NCBI GenBank assembly: GCA_012295275.1
Contig: CM022667.1
Span: 8,804,001-8,868,000 of the forward strand
Source: Chrysomallon squamiferum
Taxonomy: Eukaryota > Animalia > Mollusca
DNA length: 64,000 nucleotides
Reading direction: 5' to 3'
In this document: in pieces, positions 1 through 42,417 of the stretch
Position numbering within the stretch: the first letter of the stretch is position 1
Layout of the letters: each line of letters starts with the position of its first letter
Translations under genes and position numbers: made by a program
Notes under the pieces: generated by a model
What the model was told of the DNA's origin: nothing
Seen by the model: the letters and a program-made list of their open reading frames with translations, nothing else
Databases searched by the model: none

Positions 1-193
1 ATTTAAATTGCAATTTTTCAGTCCATATCATTAGCCACTGTACTTAAGAATCTGTTCTATTATTTAATCAGTTCATCACAAAAACAACAACAGATCCAGT
101 ATGTTTGTTTAAAGACAGTGATTTCCAGGCAACTCGAACAACAGATGAAAGTTCTCACATGAACTGAATGTGTAGGGTTCAGTGGAAACTCAC

Positions 194-30834
<30,641 letters not shown>

Positions 30835-31707
30835 TTTATATTTATTAATTAAACCCTTGTAATAAACACGAGCTTGAATTCGTGCAGTACACAAAATCAA
30901 CTCTCAAACGTTAACTCCAACGTTTTGCAGAACAGTCTCAGAAATTGTCTTATGCTGTAATTATATAGATCAAAACCGTTTATTTTCACGTAGCTTCCAT
31001 ATTTACATCTTATGTCCTTTTGAAAGTAAAACAGGTTATATTAATAATCATGGTGTTAAAGTCTGCGATTCTTTAATAATGAGATCATAATCAACACAGA
31101 TGAGGTAGTGATACACTTGAAGTTAAACTTTAAAGTTAACGAGTCCTACCTAATTTGATTTTTCGAAAATAATTTTATTACTCTCTAATAATCCCTCATG
31201 TTTATTATATTTATTTGTACCAGTCAATAAAAACGTTATTAGTGTAACTAATTCACAGCATTTGTTTTGTATATTTTAACGATAGCTAACCCAGTGTTAC
31301 AAAATAAAAATTAAAACAAATCGTATAATAAACACATTTGAATTCTTCTTTCTGTGGAGTCGAGAAAGTGAAGATAGTACTAAACCTAGACTTTAAAAAA
31401 ATCGTTTTAGTTAGACTACTGAGGGTGAATGTCCTAGTTAACAGTTACAAATTTCATCACTGACATTCATTACAATTATAATCAAAAAGAATTATTAAAA
31501 AGAAACATTAGCTCTACAGAGTACCGACACTGAAATAAATTATGGAAATTAATCAAACACATTTTTCTGTCTGTGAATACGCTTTTCTTTAAGAAGTCAC
31601 GTTTTAGAGTTTGTTTTCTATTACCAAAAGTTACTGAAAAACGAAATGGCAACAATGATGTGATAATATCCACATCTTTCTTTAATGTAATTCTTTTATA
31701 TATATAT

Positions 31708-31710
<3 letters not shown>

Positions 31711-31791
<81 letters not shown>
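31711..31791. repeat. (AG)n microsatellite
   Basis: Direct reading. Confidence 0.95.
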
Positions 31792-31795
<4 letters not shown>

Positions 31796-31937
31796 GCGTT
31801 TTGATTTGGTATTTCATTATAAATAAAATATCAGCAGGGACGTCCTGCCTATTTACTAGTTAAATACTTCACATTTTAACGACACACCATAGACGTACAA
31901 ATAAAATATCAACAATTATTAAAGTAGTTCATAATTT

Positions 31938-31968
<31 letters not shown>

Positions 31969-32512
31969 ATGATTTCTGGTTCTTAGTTAACATTTTAATA
32001 TTCGTTATAAATACTAAACTGTTGCCTACGATGTGACGTTATTCAACTATTTTCATTCAGATGTAACCTTGACTAATACAGGTAAAACAGTAACTGTGGT
32101 GTAACGTCGACAGTTACCGTTTTCTTGTACGTTATGAAAACAACTAATGAAACAACAGCGTGGAACATTAGTACCATTAAAATTTATATGCAGTATTTTT
32201 AAAATTAATATACTTTTGTACAATAACACGATTGATAGTGATTGCTGTTTTCACTGACATCCGCGCTTGATTATTATTATTATTATAGTTGTTATTATTG
32301 TTATTGTCATTATTGTTGTTGTTGTTGTTGTTATTATTGTTACTATTATTATTAATAATAATGTTGTTATTATTACTGTTATAACTGTTATTATTATTAT
32401 TACACTCATTCACCTCCGTTATGGATATTTCAGAATAACAACAACGTGATGTTATTTACGGCTCATCCGCTTAATTTTTTTTTTTTAACATTTATTTTAT
32501 TTTATTTATTTA

Positions 32513-32544
<32 letters not shown>

Positions 32545-33232
32545 AGAAAAAGTTAAAAAGAAAGCATTCGTTACTCATTTTTATTTACAGTTTTATTTAG
32601 ATAATTAACATTGTGATTAATATCAATACAATATTTGTTACGCGCTTTAAAAATAATGAATATAAATGTAGTTTTAACTTTTCCATTACGATTAATAAAA
32701 TGTAATAATAATCTGACGTTATTATTATTATTACTATTAAATTATTTCTTCTTCTTCTTCTTCTTCTATTATTATTATTATTATTATTGTTATTGGGCTA
32801 TGCGCATTACAACTAATATAAATAAAATATCTACAATTTTCTTTCATGACCGTACTTCGATATTCTGTCTTTTGCTATTTTTAAATCTCCAAAATAACGT
32901 GTCATCGTTACAGTTTTCTTTTATGATTATTCGACAGTAAATTTTCGTTTTTTTCCCGTTTTTTCCCCTTAAAGGATAACAAAATCAGAGATTTACAAAT
33001 TATTTTTATTTTGTTGTCATAAATTTAAACTTCACTTTAACTCTTATCTTTCATACAAACAGTTCACGCACATATGCTCTTATTCCTTAAGCTAATAATA
33101 ATAATAATAATAATAATAATGACAACAACAGTAATAGTAATTGTAATAGCAATAATTGTTTTCAGTTATTGTTTAAATCATATTTAATGAAATTTAATTA
33201 TTTCTGCATTTACTAGATCCGATTTATTTATT

Positions 33233-33279
<47 letters not shown>

Positions 33280-33314
33280 AGATCTTCATTTATTTATCAT
33301 TTCTTTATTTCATC

Positions 33315-34369
33315 TTATTTATTAAAGATTTCCTCTAATTCTTCTCGCGTCACTGGTTGACTTTCACTTTTGCTGTTAACATTACTGTTTCCGGTTACTC
33401 CATTTTTTCGTTCGTTATGAGCCGATAGCAATGCGCTTGGTTGAGCCATATCAACATTCTTATAGCTCGTTTTATCTGACATTCCCATTTCGACCTTTCT
33501 AATTTTCTTTAAAAGCCGGCGAAGCTTTTCATTTATTACGTTTATTTTTACTGTTAGGTCGTTCTTCCTATTTTCATAAGAACTTGCAGCTTTTGTTACT
33601 GAAACTTCATGTGGTTCAAAATCATTTGCGTCAGACGTATGACGTATTGACTGTAGTTTGTGAACTAAATCTCCACGAGACAACTTTTTTAAACTAGGAG
33701 GCACAATAAAATCCAAATCGAGGTGCCGTTTTTTAACACTGTTTCCGGTCAACTTTGATTTCTTCCCCCTCAGTTTGGAAACAAATGGAGCTGGATCGGT
33801 GAACTTCATTATTTTATTTTGATACTTGTCAACTTTTTTGCTGTTATCAGACGGTTTAAGTATTAAATTTTCCCTGTGATACGAGGCTTTCGTACTCTTG
33901 ATATATTCTTCATTAGACTCTGTCATATTAAGAAAATAAACGAACAGAGTAAAATCAGATTTAATATATAGGTATTAATGCAAGCACGTATTTACGTACA
34001 TTGCTGTGATACATAAACACGTGCACACGTTCGCACACGCACACACATGCACACAATTATACAAACAGACATCGGACAATAATGGTACCTCTTCTACGTC
34101 TGCTCGGCGGCGTGTCAAGATTACTGTCGACCCTTTCACCTTCACCTTCTTTCAGCTTAATGTCTACCTTAATGTAGGTGTCTTCCTTCTCGTGTTCCTC
34201 CATGTCTGGTATAAATGGATCATTTGCCTGTACAAATAAACATTCAACTTTGTCCTGTGCATTAGTACATGCAGTAATAATGGTAGTGGTAGCAACAGAT
34301 GATGAAAGAATACTGGTTCTGCTGATGCAGGTAGCAGAATAAAGAGTTTGTGTAACGGGATACTACTGT

Positions 34370-34403
<34 letters not shown>

Positions 34404-34416
34404 TTTAATGATGATG

Positions 34417-34447
<31 letters not shown>

Positions 34448-34777
34448 ATGTAAACTAATAACAATAACCTTTGCTATAAAGTCATCTTGTATATAAACAC
34501 TACTTTGTTTTTGTTTTTCTTTTAACCAAAGAACTGTGATTTGCTACGGTATTTTAAATATATATATATATATTCTCATTCTTATTAAAAAATAAAAACA
34601 AATTAATAAATATAATAAATAAATACATTAAATTAAATAAACCTGAATAAAGAAAGAAAAAAGAAAAGATAATTAGTTAATACTACATTAATTCATATAT
34701 ATTATTTAGCTAGTTACACCGCTCCACTCGTATATACCCAGTTTAATAATGATGATTAAAAATGCACAGAAACAGTA

Positions 34778-34812
<35 letters not shown>

Positions 34813-35395
34813 ATTTCAAATTACGTTAGAGGCGCAGTGGCCATATCCTGAGTTAACGAAAGCTTCCACGCACACTTGGTTCAATCCTAGACAATCGGCC
34901 GTCGTCAGGCAGATCTGAGGGTAAACGTGAATCTGAGAGAAAATGAATTAATAATGAATAAATGAATGGATGAACGTTAATATTTTAGATTCATTTCAAA
35001 TTATTTTAATTAATTGTTATTACTATGATTATTAATTTATTAATGGTTTCGTTTTTAGTTATGTAATATTACTGGTGTTGTTGTAATTAATATTATGACA
35101 AATCAAATAAAAATAACAAAAACTTCTTTTTTTTGTTTAATCTGGATTTCCATGTTTCTTATTTCTGAGAATTACTTCTATAGATAATTTTGTTTCTTTT
35201 AATGATGTTTACATATCTGACTGTCCGTCCATCCTTTTTATCTAGTTGTCATGCCTTTATGGGTATATTTACATATTAAGTGTGCGTGCATGTAAATGTT
35301 TGCGTGCTTTTGAAAGACAACACTACCTTACTAAGAGGTTTACAGCATACATTTGAAATTGATATCAGAAGAAACAAAATTGGAAACAATCGCAT
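33315..35395 (-). CDS. Secreted prepro-protein of unknown family, 306 aa (signal peptide, 4-Cys module, acidic linker, RRRR site, basic C-terminal region)
   Basis: Four phase-compatible GT-AG exons: 35327-35395 (MRLFPILFLLISISNVCCKPLSK), 34825-34932 (IHVYPQICLTTADCLGLNQVCVEAFVNSGYGHCASN), 34089-34227 (ANDPFIPDMEEHEKED...TPPSRRRR), 33315-33919 (ESNEEYIK...EEIFNK*). Total 921 nt, open throughout. Confidence 0.82.
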
Positions 35396-35699
35396 CCGTT
35401 GCCTTTATGTCAACAACCTGAAAAACTTATTTTAATTTGAGAACTGTATAATCATAATAAAGCGCACTAAAAAAAAAAAAAAAAAAAAAAAAAAGACAAA
35501 ATGTGATAGATTTACGACTGTAAAGCGCAGAACAATGAAATAAAATTCGATACACTTCAAAATAACAAAGTGCAATTCAGTGCATTAAAATAAATATACA
35601 AAAAAAAACAGTGAACGATAGAAATTTAAAAATAAATAAATAATTAAACAATTAAATAAATAATAATAATAAGGAGAAAGAAGAAGGAAAAAACCTTTT

Positions 35700-35840
35700 A
35701 AAGGTACCATTAACGACGTTGCTACGTGACAACTATAATTTCCCAATAATCCTCATTCATTATTTGTACTATTCGTGGATGTTCGGAACTCATACTCGGT
35801 TCTTTTCGTTGATGTACGTAGCAACGCGTCAAAATGGCGG
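35700..35840. promoter_or_regulatory. Putative bidirectional promoter between secreted-protein gene (-) and LRRC69 (+)
   Basis: CpG-rich patch between divergent start codons (35395 and 35834). YY1-like CAAAATGGCGG overlaps the LRRC69 ATG; GTTGCTACG/CGTAGCAAC X-box-like half-sites are present. Confidence 0.45.
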
Positions 35841-36221
35841 ACTCATTACTGCTTTTAGCTTACAAAAACAAACCAAAGCAATTAAATTTATGCAGCAAAA
35901 AGCTTGAATTGCTTCCTAAGATTATAGGAAAAGTTGAATCAATCATTCAATTACAGCTCCAAAATAATAGATTAAAAACTTTACCACAAGAGATTGAAAA
36001 CCTTTACCAGGTACAGATCGTTGTATTTTCGTGCTGGACGTGATTGCGTTATATACATCATTTTCGTAATTATTATAAACTAAATACAATTAGAATATAA
36101 TAATAATAATAACAAGAAGAAGAAGAATAACAATAATATATATATATATTTGAGCATTTTATCACATATTAATAAACAACTATTTATTATGATTATGATT
36201 ATGATTATGATTATGATTATG

Positions 36222-36296
<75 letters not shown>

Positions 36297-39200
36297 CTCA
36301 TTTACATATTATTATTCACAGCTGCAGTCACTAAATCTGGGAAACAATCAGTTTGAAGACCTTCCAGAATCAATTCGTTATTTAACAAATTTAGAAAAAC
36401 TTCACCTATTTAGAAATAATCTGAGAAGATTAAACCCTGATGTGCTTTGCAAGTATTTTTTGTTTGTATTTTTTTTCTATGTGTTTTTCTTTCTTTTTTC
36501 ACAGTTAAACAATAATTAAACATTTATTTTAATATATTATCAAACTTTAAAATTTATTGAATACATAATTACAAGTTTAAAGTTTAAGCATACGGCAGAT
36601 AGGTAACATTATTGTATTAAATTAACCTTTTTAGTTTTCTTTCTTTTTCTTTCATTTTCCTTTTTTATTTCTTTAGTTATTTTTGTTTTCTTTTGTTTCT
36701 TTTTCTTCTTTTTTCTTTATCTTGTTAAATTATTATTATTATTATTATTATTATTTGACATAAAGAGTTTCATTTATTTTAATTATGTTTTTCAGTTCAT
36801 CACAATATTTAGTTTCATGGTTTATTTATTTAATTTTTTTGTTTATTTTTTTGCAGATGGCTTATTTAATCTGACTTTTCTGAATCTCAACAACAACAAA
36901 TTGACTTCAATTCCACCAGAAATATGCAGGTTAAAAAAAAAAAAAAAAAAAATTCTTCTGCTATTTTTTTTAAATTTCTCTCTCCCTCTCTTTCTCTCTA
37001 TCACTGTAAGTCATACCAATTCTGATGTGGCCTTCTCATGTTAGTTTTCACTAAATGAAAATATGCTAACTGTACATTTTATGCACAGAGTTTTGTGTTA
37101 TTAATAACGGAACTTTTTACAATATGAATTTTCCTGTACACAAGAAACACAGATTTGTATTAAAATGATAATAATAAATTATTTCACATTTTGCAAAATT
37201 AATCACAGGTCTTTTTATAATGTGAATTTTTTTTTGGTAAATAAGAAACATTGTTATTATTATTATTATTTTTAATAAGAAACATTGTTATTATTATTAT
37301 TATTTTTTTTTTTAATAAGGCAGTGAACAGATTTTAATTGTTATTATTTTTCAGATTGTCCAATCTGGTGTTTGTCAGTCTAGACAACAATCGGCTGCAA
37401 ACTCTGCCAGCAGAGTTCTGTGCTTTGACGTGTGTGGAGGAATTACACCTGACAGGCAACCAGCTCGTCTCACTGCCTCTTGAGTTTGGTTACCTTGTAA
37501 ACCTCGTCAAGTTCTACGTTCAGAAAAATAAAATCAGAGAACTTCCCGAGGTACATATATATATATATATATATATATAGTGAATGAATGAATGAGAGAA
37601 TAGCTGGATGGATGAATGGATGGATGGACGAAAGGAAGGAAATAATGTTGGACAGAAAAACAGATGGATGGATGGATGGATGCTAAACAAAAGAATGGAT
37701 GTATGGATTAATTAATTTATGAAAAGACGTAATGAATGGCTTAACAAATACTGAAGTGATGAAGGAATGAATTGAAAAATTCTCTTAGGAAAACTTGATA
37801 ATATTTCAGATGAAAAATCAACATAATAAGAAACTATTTATAATTTCGGTTGATAATTTGATACTTTTTTTTTTTACCCCAGGGCTTGACAAAATGTCAC
37901 AGGTTAAAAATTTTGGATGTTGCAGCAAATGAACTGAGAATTTTACCAACTGAGGTATTGATAAGTTTTAAACACATATCTCATTTGACATTTTTTATTG
38001 TAATAGAATATTTTATTTTATTTATATCGATTTGATTCACTTCAGTTCAGTTAAATTCAAATTAACTTAACTTCATTTTATTTTTTATTATTATTCACTT
38101 TAATTTAAATGTTATTTTATGTTTTATTTTATTTTTCTGTCATAGTAATTATGAAATTATCCCAAATTTCGATAGTAATAATAATAACAATGAAGGTCAG
38201 AAGTAGAATACTAATAACCATAAATATGAAACTGCTCTGGAGATATTATAAATAAAAATTCTTTTGTTAATTCAGATGGAGAGTTTGCCACTGAAAGAAC
38301 TTTACTGTGAACAGAACCCTCTGTTAGAATATCAGCCTGTGCACTCCATTCAGGAAGAGGAAGTTTTATCATTAAAAGTAAGTTTATTAAAAACAGAATT
38401 TTTTTTTTTTAGTTCAATGTCTGCTTAGTATGTAAGACACTGGATGTCTGTTAGACAGATAATTAAGGGAAACTGCAATGAGCTGGCTAAAACCAGCATC
38501 ATAAGTTTGTAGTTACAAAGAAATGAAGTTGCAGTGATTTTACATCTCCTCAAACAGCTCAGTGCAGAACCTGGCACCAGTCATCGTATTCTCATCAATT
38601 AATTGTTTACTGCAGAAATAAGTTATTTATAAAATCAAAACCTAAATACACTCTGTTTTATTATTAAAGGGATACCTGCAATTAGCTTGTTATTTTTCAT
38701 ATGGATTGAATTTTTTATTTTTTTATTTTTATTTTTTTTCAGGAATTATGTGCAAGATATATTCTTAAAGAACTGAAAGACAGGTAATATAGTTTTGGAT
38801 TATTGTTGTTGTTCTACATTTTGTTGTTGTTGTTGTTGTTCTTCTTCTTATTATCATTAATGAATTTATTATTATTTTTACAGTCATTTTCATTATTAAA
38901 ATTATTATTTTAAATTTAAGCTGTTTTCAAAAAACTAAATTAATGAATTTTCATGGCACAAGCTGACTGCATAGTGTTAAATGTGATATAAAATAAAGCA
39001 CAGTTCTTGATAAAAATATTTTAAAATAGATTTATTAGCCTAAGCCTAATTTTCATGTTTCATGTAACTTTAACATAAGGAACAGTGTCAGTGACTAGGA
39101 ATGTTTTTATTTTATTTTAATGTTCAAGTCATGTTTCAGATATTCGTTTGAGTGAGTATTTACATAAATATTTTACTACATACGAAATTAGGTCCATTTC

Positions 39201-40952
39201 AATAGTTTACAATGATTTACAGAACTAATATATCACCTTTAGTTTTACTTTTTTTTTATAACTGATATAGTAAACTTCTTTTTTCATACATGGTAAATAA
39301 AAATTAGTTACCATAGAAAGATGATTGAAAGGGGATTTTTTTTATGGTTTGCAAATACTTATTAAAATTGTGCAGTACATATAACCATATTGATAATAAC
39401 CAGGATTAACTAGCCATGTAAATTAAAATTAGTAAACACAGTTGGATGGTGACTTTTTTAACTTAGTAATTAATACTTAAGAGGAAAATAACAAATTTGG
39501 TAAACAACAGCCAAACAGAGATCAACTTAGTCAACAGCAGATAAACAAAGATTAACATAGTAAACTAAAGTAAACATATACTAACTTAGTAAATAATGGT
39601 GAAGATTAACTTAGTAAACAATAAATAAGTAAAAATTAGCAGAGTAACATGATATAAGTGAAGATTAACTTAATAAACAGCAACTTAGCAGACGATATCT
39701 TACTTAGAAAACAACATTAATATTATTTTCTCATTATTGGAGTTTTTGTTTTTCTCTTTGATTTTTTTGATAATTTAAATTTTTATTTAGTTTCGTATAC
39801 TTAGATCAGCTAATGATAAACCAAATTTTAATAATGCATGATATGGAAAAAAAGGAGACAGATATTAATAATCTAGTTTTTGAAGTCACAATTTATCAAA
39901 TTAAATACGGATGACATAATGTCCATTAGTCCATCTATTCATTCTTATTTTAGTCTTATCATTAACAACACAATTACCAAACATTTTATATTTTGTTTTC
40001 TGGGATACTTGGTTATCTATAATCATTTTGTAATATCACTCAACAATTTATTTATATTTGGTTTTTCTTTTTAACAGTGCATTATTAAATATTTAATAAT
40101 GGTTTTATACTTCATTTTGAAACTATGCACATCTGTTACAATGGTGTGAAGTATTAATTTGGTGTTTTTGTTTCTTTCAGGTATTCCTACCTACCTCGAG
40201 CTATTCGACACTACCCTGATGTAAAAGAGATGCTGATGCAGGCGAGTAAGTGTGCGGTATGTGGTGAATCGTTTCTCAACACCTGGCTTGAGTGTGTCAA
40301 GTTTGTCGATGCCAAGAAGGTGAATGTTTATAAATATTATCATGTCTTTATTTTTAAATTTATTTTTTGTAAATGTGTAATTATTTCTTTAATTTCCAGT
40401 TTTATTTTATTTTATTTCATTTCATCTGATTTTGTTTTGTTTCATTTCTTTATATTTGATTTTGTTTTGTTTATTTTATTTTATTTTATTTTATTTTATT
40501 TTATATATCTCCATATATCTGTCTATTCATCTGTCTATATCTATATATATCTATCTGTATATCCATCTATACATCTTTCTATATACATAGATATAATATA
40601 TATATATATATATCTATGTCTGTAGACAAATGTAGATATATGTCATTGTGAAAAAAATAATTATTAGCATTTTATCATTCAGGTATATTTAAATTTACTC
40701 ACTGTTCTTTAATCTGTATCTTTTAGTTTTATTAAGTTTGTTGATGTTTTTATTGACGTACTTTGTTATTATTCTAAGTATCTGCCTACCAGTCAAATGT
40801 AAACATGAGTTATTCAATTACAATGATAAAACTACAATAACTGATTGTTGTTATTATTGTTACTTTTATTATTATTTGTTATTATTATTTTGTTTTGGTT
40901 TTTGTTATTATTATTATTATTATTACCATTACTGCTGCTATTAGTACTATAT

Positions 40953-40990
<38 letters not shown>

Positions 40991-41173
40991 TTATTATTAT
41001 AAATATTAATTATTATTAGTAGTAGTAATTTGAGAAAGTTAATTCATTGTGTTTATTTTCAGGACTTAAAAATAGGAAATCTGTCTGGAAGTCTTCCTGT
41101 GCGAGCTTTGCTTTGTTCATACAAGTGTTTCAATGCTGGTGGCCATAACTATTATGGAGTTGCCTTTCCTTAG
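35834..41173 (+). CDS. LRRC69: Leucine-rich repeat-containing protein 69, ~345 aa, 9 exons
   Basis: Exons 35834-36010, 36322-36448 (GC donor), 36857-36929, 37355-37550, 37883-37954, 38276-38377, 38743-38783, 40181-40319, 41063-41173 give 1038 nt in frame. LRRs are followed by LKELYCEQNPL, SLKELCAR, CAVCGESFLNTWLECVKF and LLCSYKCF, as I recall for LRRC69. Confidence 0.88.
36185..36295. repeat. (ATTATG)n/(ATT)n microsatellite
   Basis: Direct reading. Confidence 0.9.
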
Positions 41174-42194
41174 CATTTCCATATCAGTAATTATCTGCAA
41201 ACAGAAGTCAAAGCACAAAATGAAGGAGGCAGACTATTAATATTATTTGTATCAAAATAACTGAGAAAATGAGTCAAAATAAAGCTGTGCATTAATGAAT
41301 AATGCTTTCATTACTCAAAGTGGTTACTTTTGATGTACTTTGTTAAATCTAGAAGACATGGGGGAAACATTTTAAATTTTCAAAATTTGATCTCGATTGA
41401 AAAATACTGATGTGAATTTTCTTTTCATTAGAATTAAGTATTGACTGTATTGAAATCACGAGTCAAATCAAACAATGATGTACATGTTTGCAGTTCAACC
41501 AGACATTAAACTTGTAAATAATGACTAGAATTCAGATAACATTAATGGAGGAATTCTGTCCATTGCATACAGTGTTATCTCCTCATGTTCTTTTTAAAAG
41601 TCAGACTAAATGGTGGATATCAATTTTCATTTAATTCTGTACTAAAATGTATTTATCCACAAATTTTTTTTCTAAGCAATTGAAATGGCACCAAAATACA
41701 AATTTTGTAAATTATATTGCTTTAAAAATTCTGAACTGTTAAATCTTTACATATTGTATATTTGTACATGTTTATGTCTATATGTGTCAATATATTATTT
41801 AAAATTGAAAGTATTATATTCATGCTATGTTCACATTTTCTGAAATTAATCTGTGATATTATTTTTGTTATCAAGATTATATCATATTAAAAATAAAAAA
41901 CTTTAAAACATATTAAACATTTATTAAATATGAAATAGTGTTTGTTGTTCAACAAGTTTCATTTATATTTATACTTATTTATTTAAACTGCTACTGACAT
42001 AACTGTACTCATTTTATAACAATGACAACAAAAGAAAAGAAATTACTGTTAACAGTTCAAAAGATAAAACAGCATTCAGCTTTTACTTGCAAGGTGAGCA
42101 GAAGTCTGAAGATCAAAGAGATTAAACAAACTAATTAATAGGTGAACAATGATACATGTTAAACGAATTAACAGTTCAGCAAAATCAAAGAAAA

Positions 42195-42365
42195 CCGTTG
42201 GCCAATTGAATTGCACTTAACAGAAACATGAATAATTAATTGGGTCATGTGACTTATCTGACCAATGGAGAAACAGCTGAGTTGGTGCTCAGAAGATGAA
42301 AACTGTTCAGGTCTGTGTATAAATATTAAAAGTGTCATCTGTCATTTATCTGTCATCTGACATTG
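42195..42365 (+). promoter_or_regulatory. Core promoter of TALE homeobox gene: CCAAT x2, TATA, TGTCA/TGACA cluster
   Basis: CCAAT near 42201 and 42262, TATAAATA 42318-42325, TGTCA at 42333, 42340, 42351 and TGACA at 42358; ATG at 42418. Confidence 0.5.
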
Positions 42366-42417
42366 AGCTAAACTAGGTGATTTTGAGCTACAGAAATATT
42401 TATTTACAAGTCTCAGT

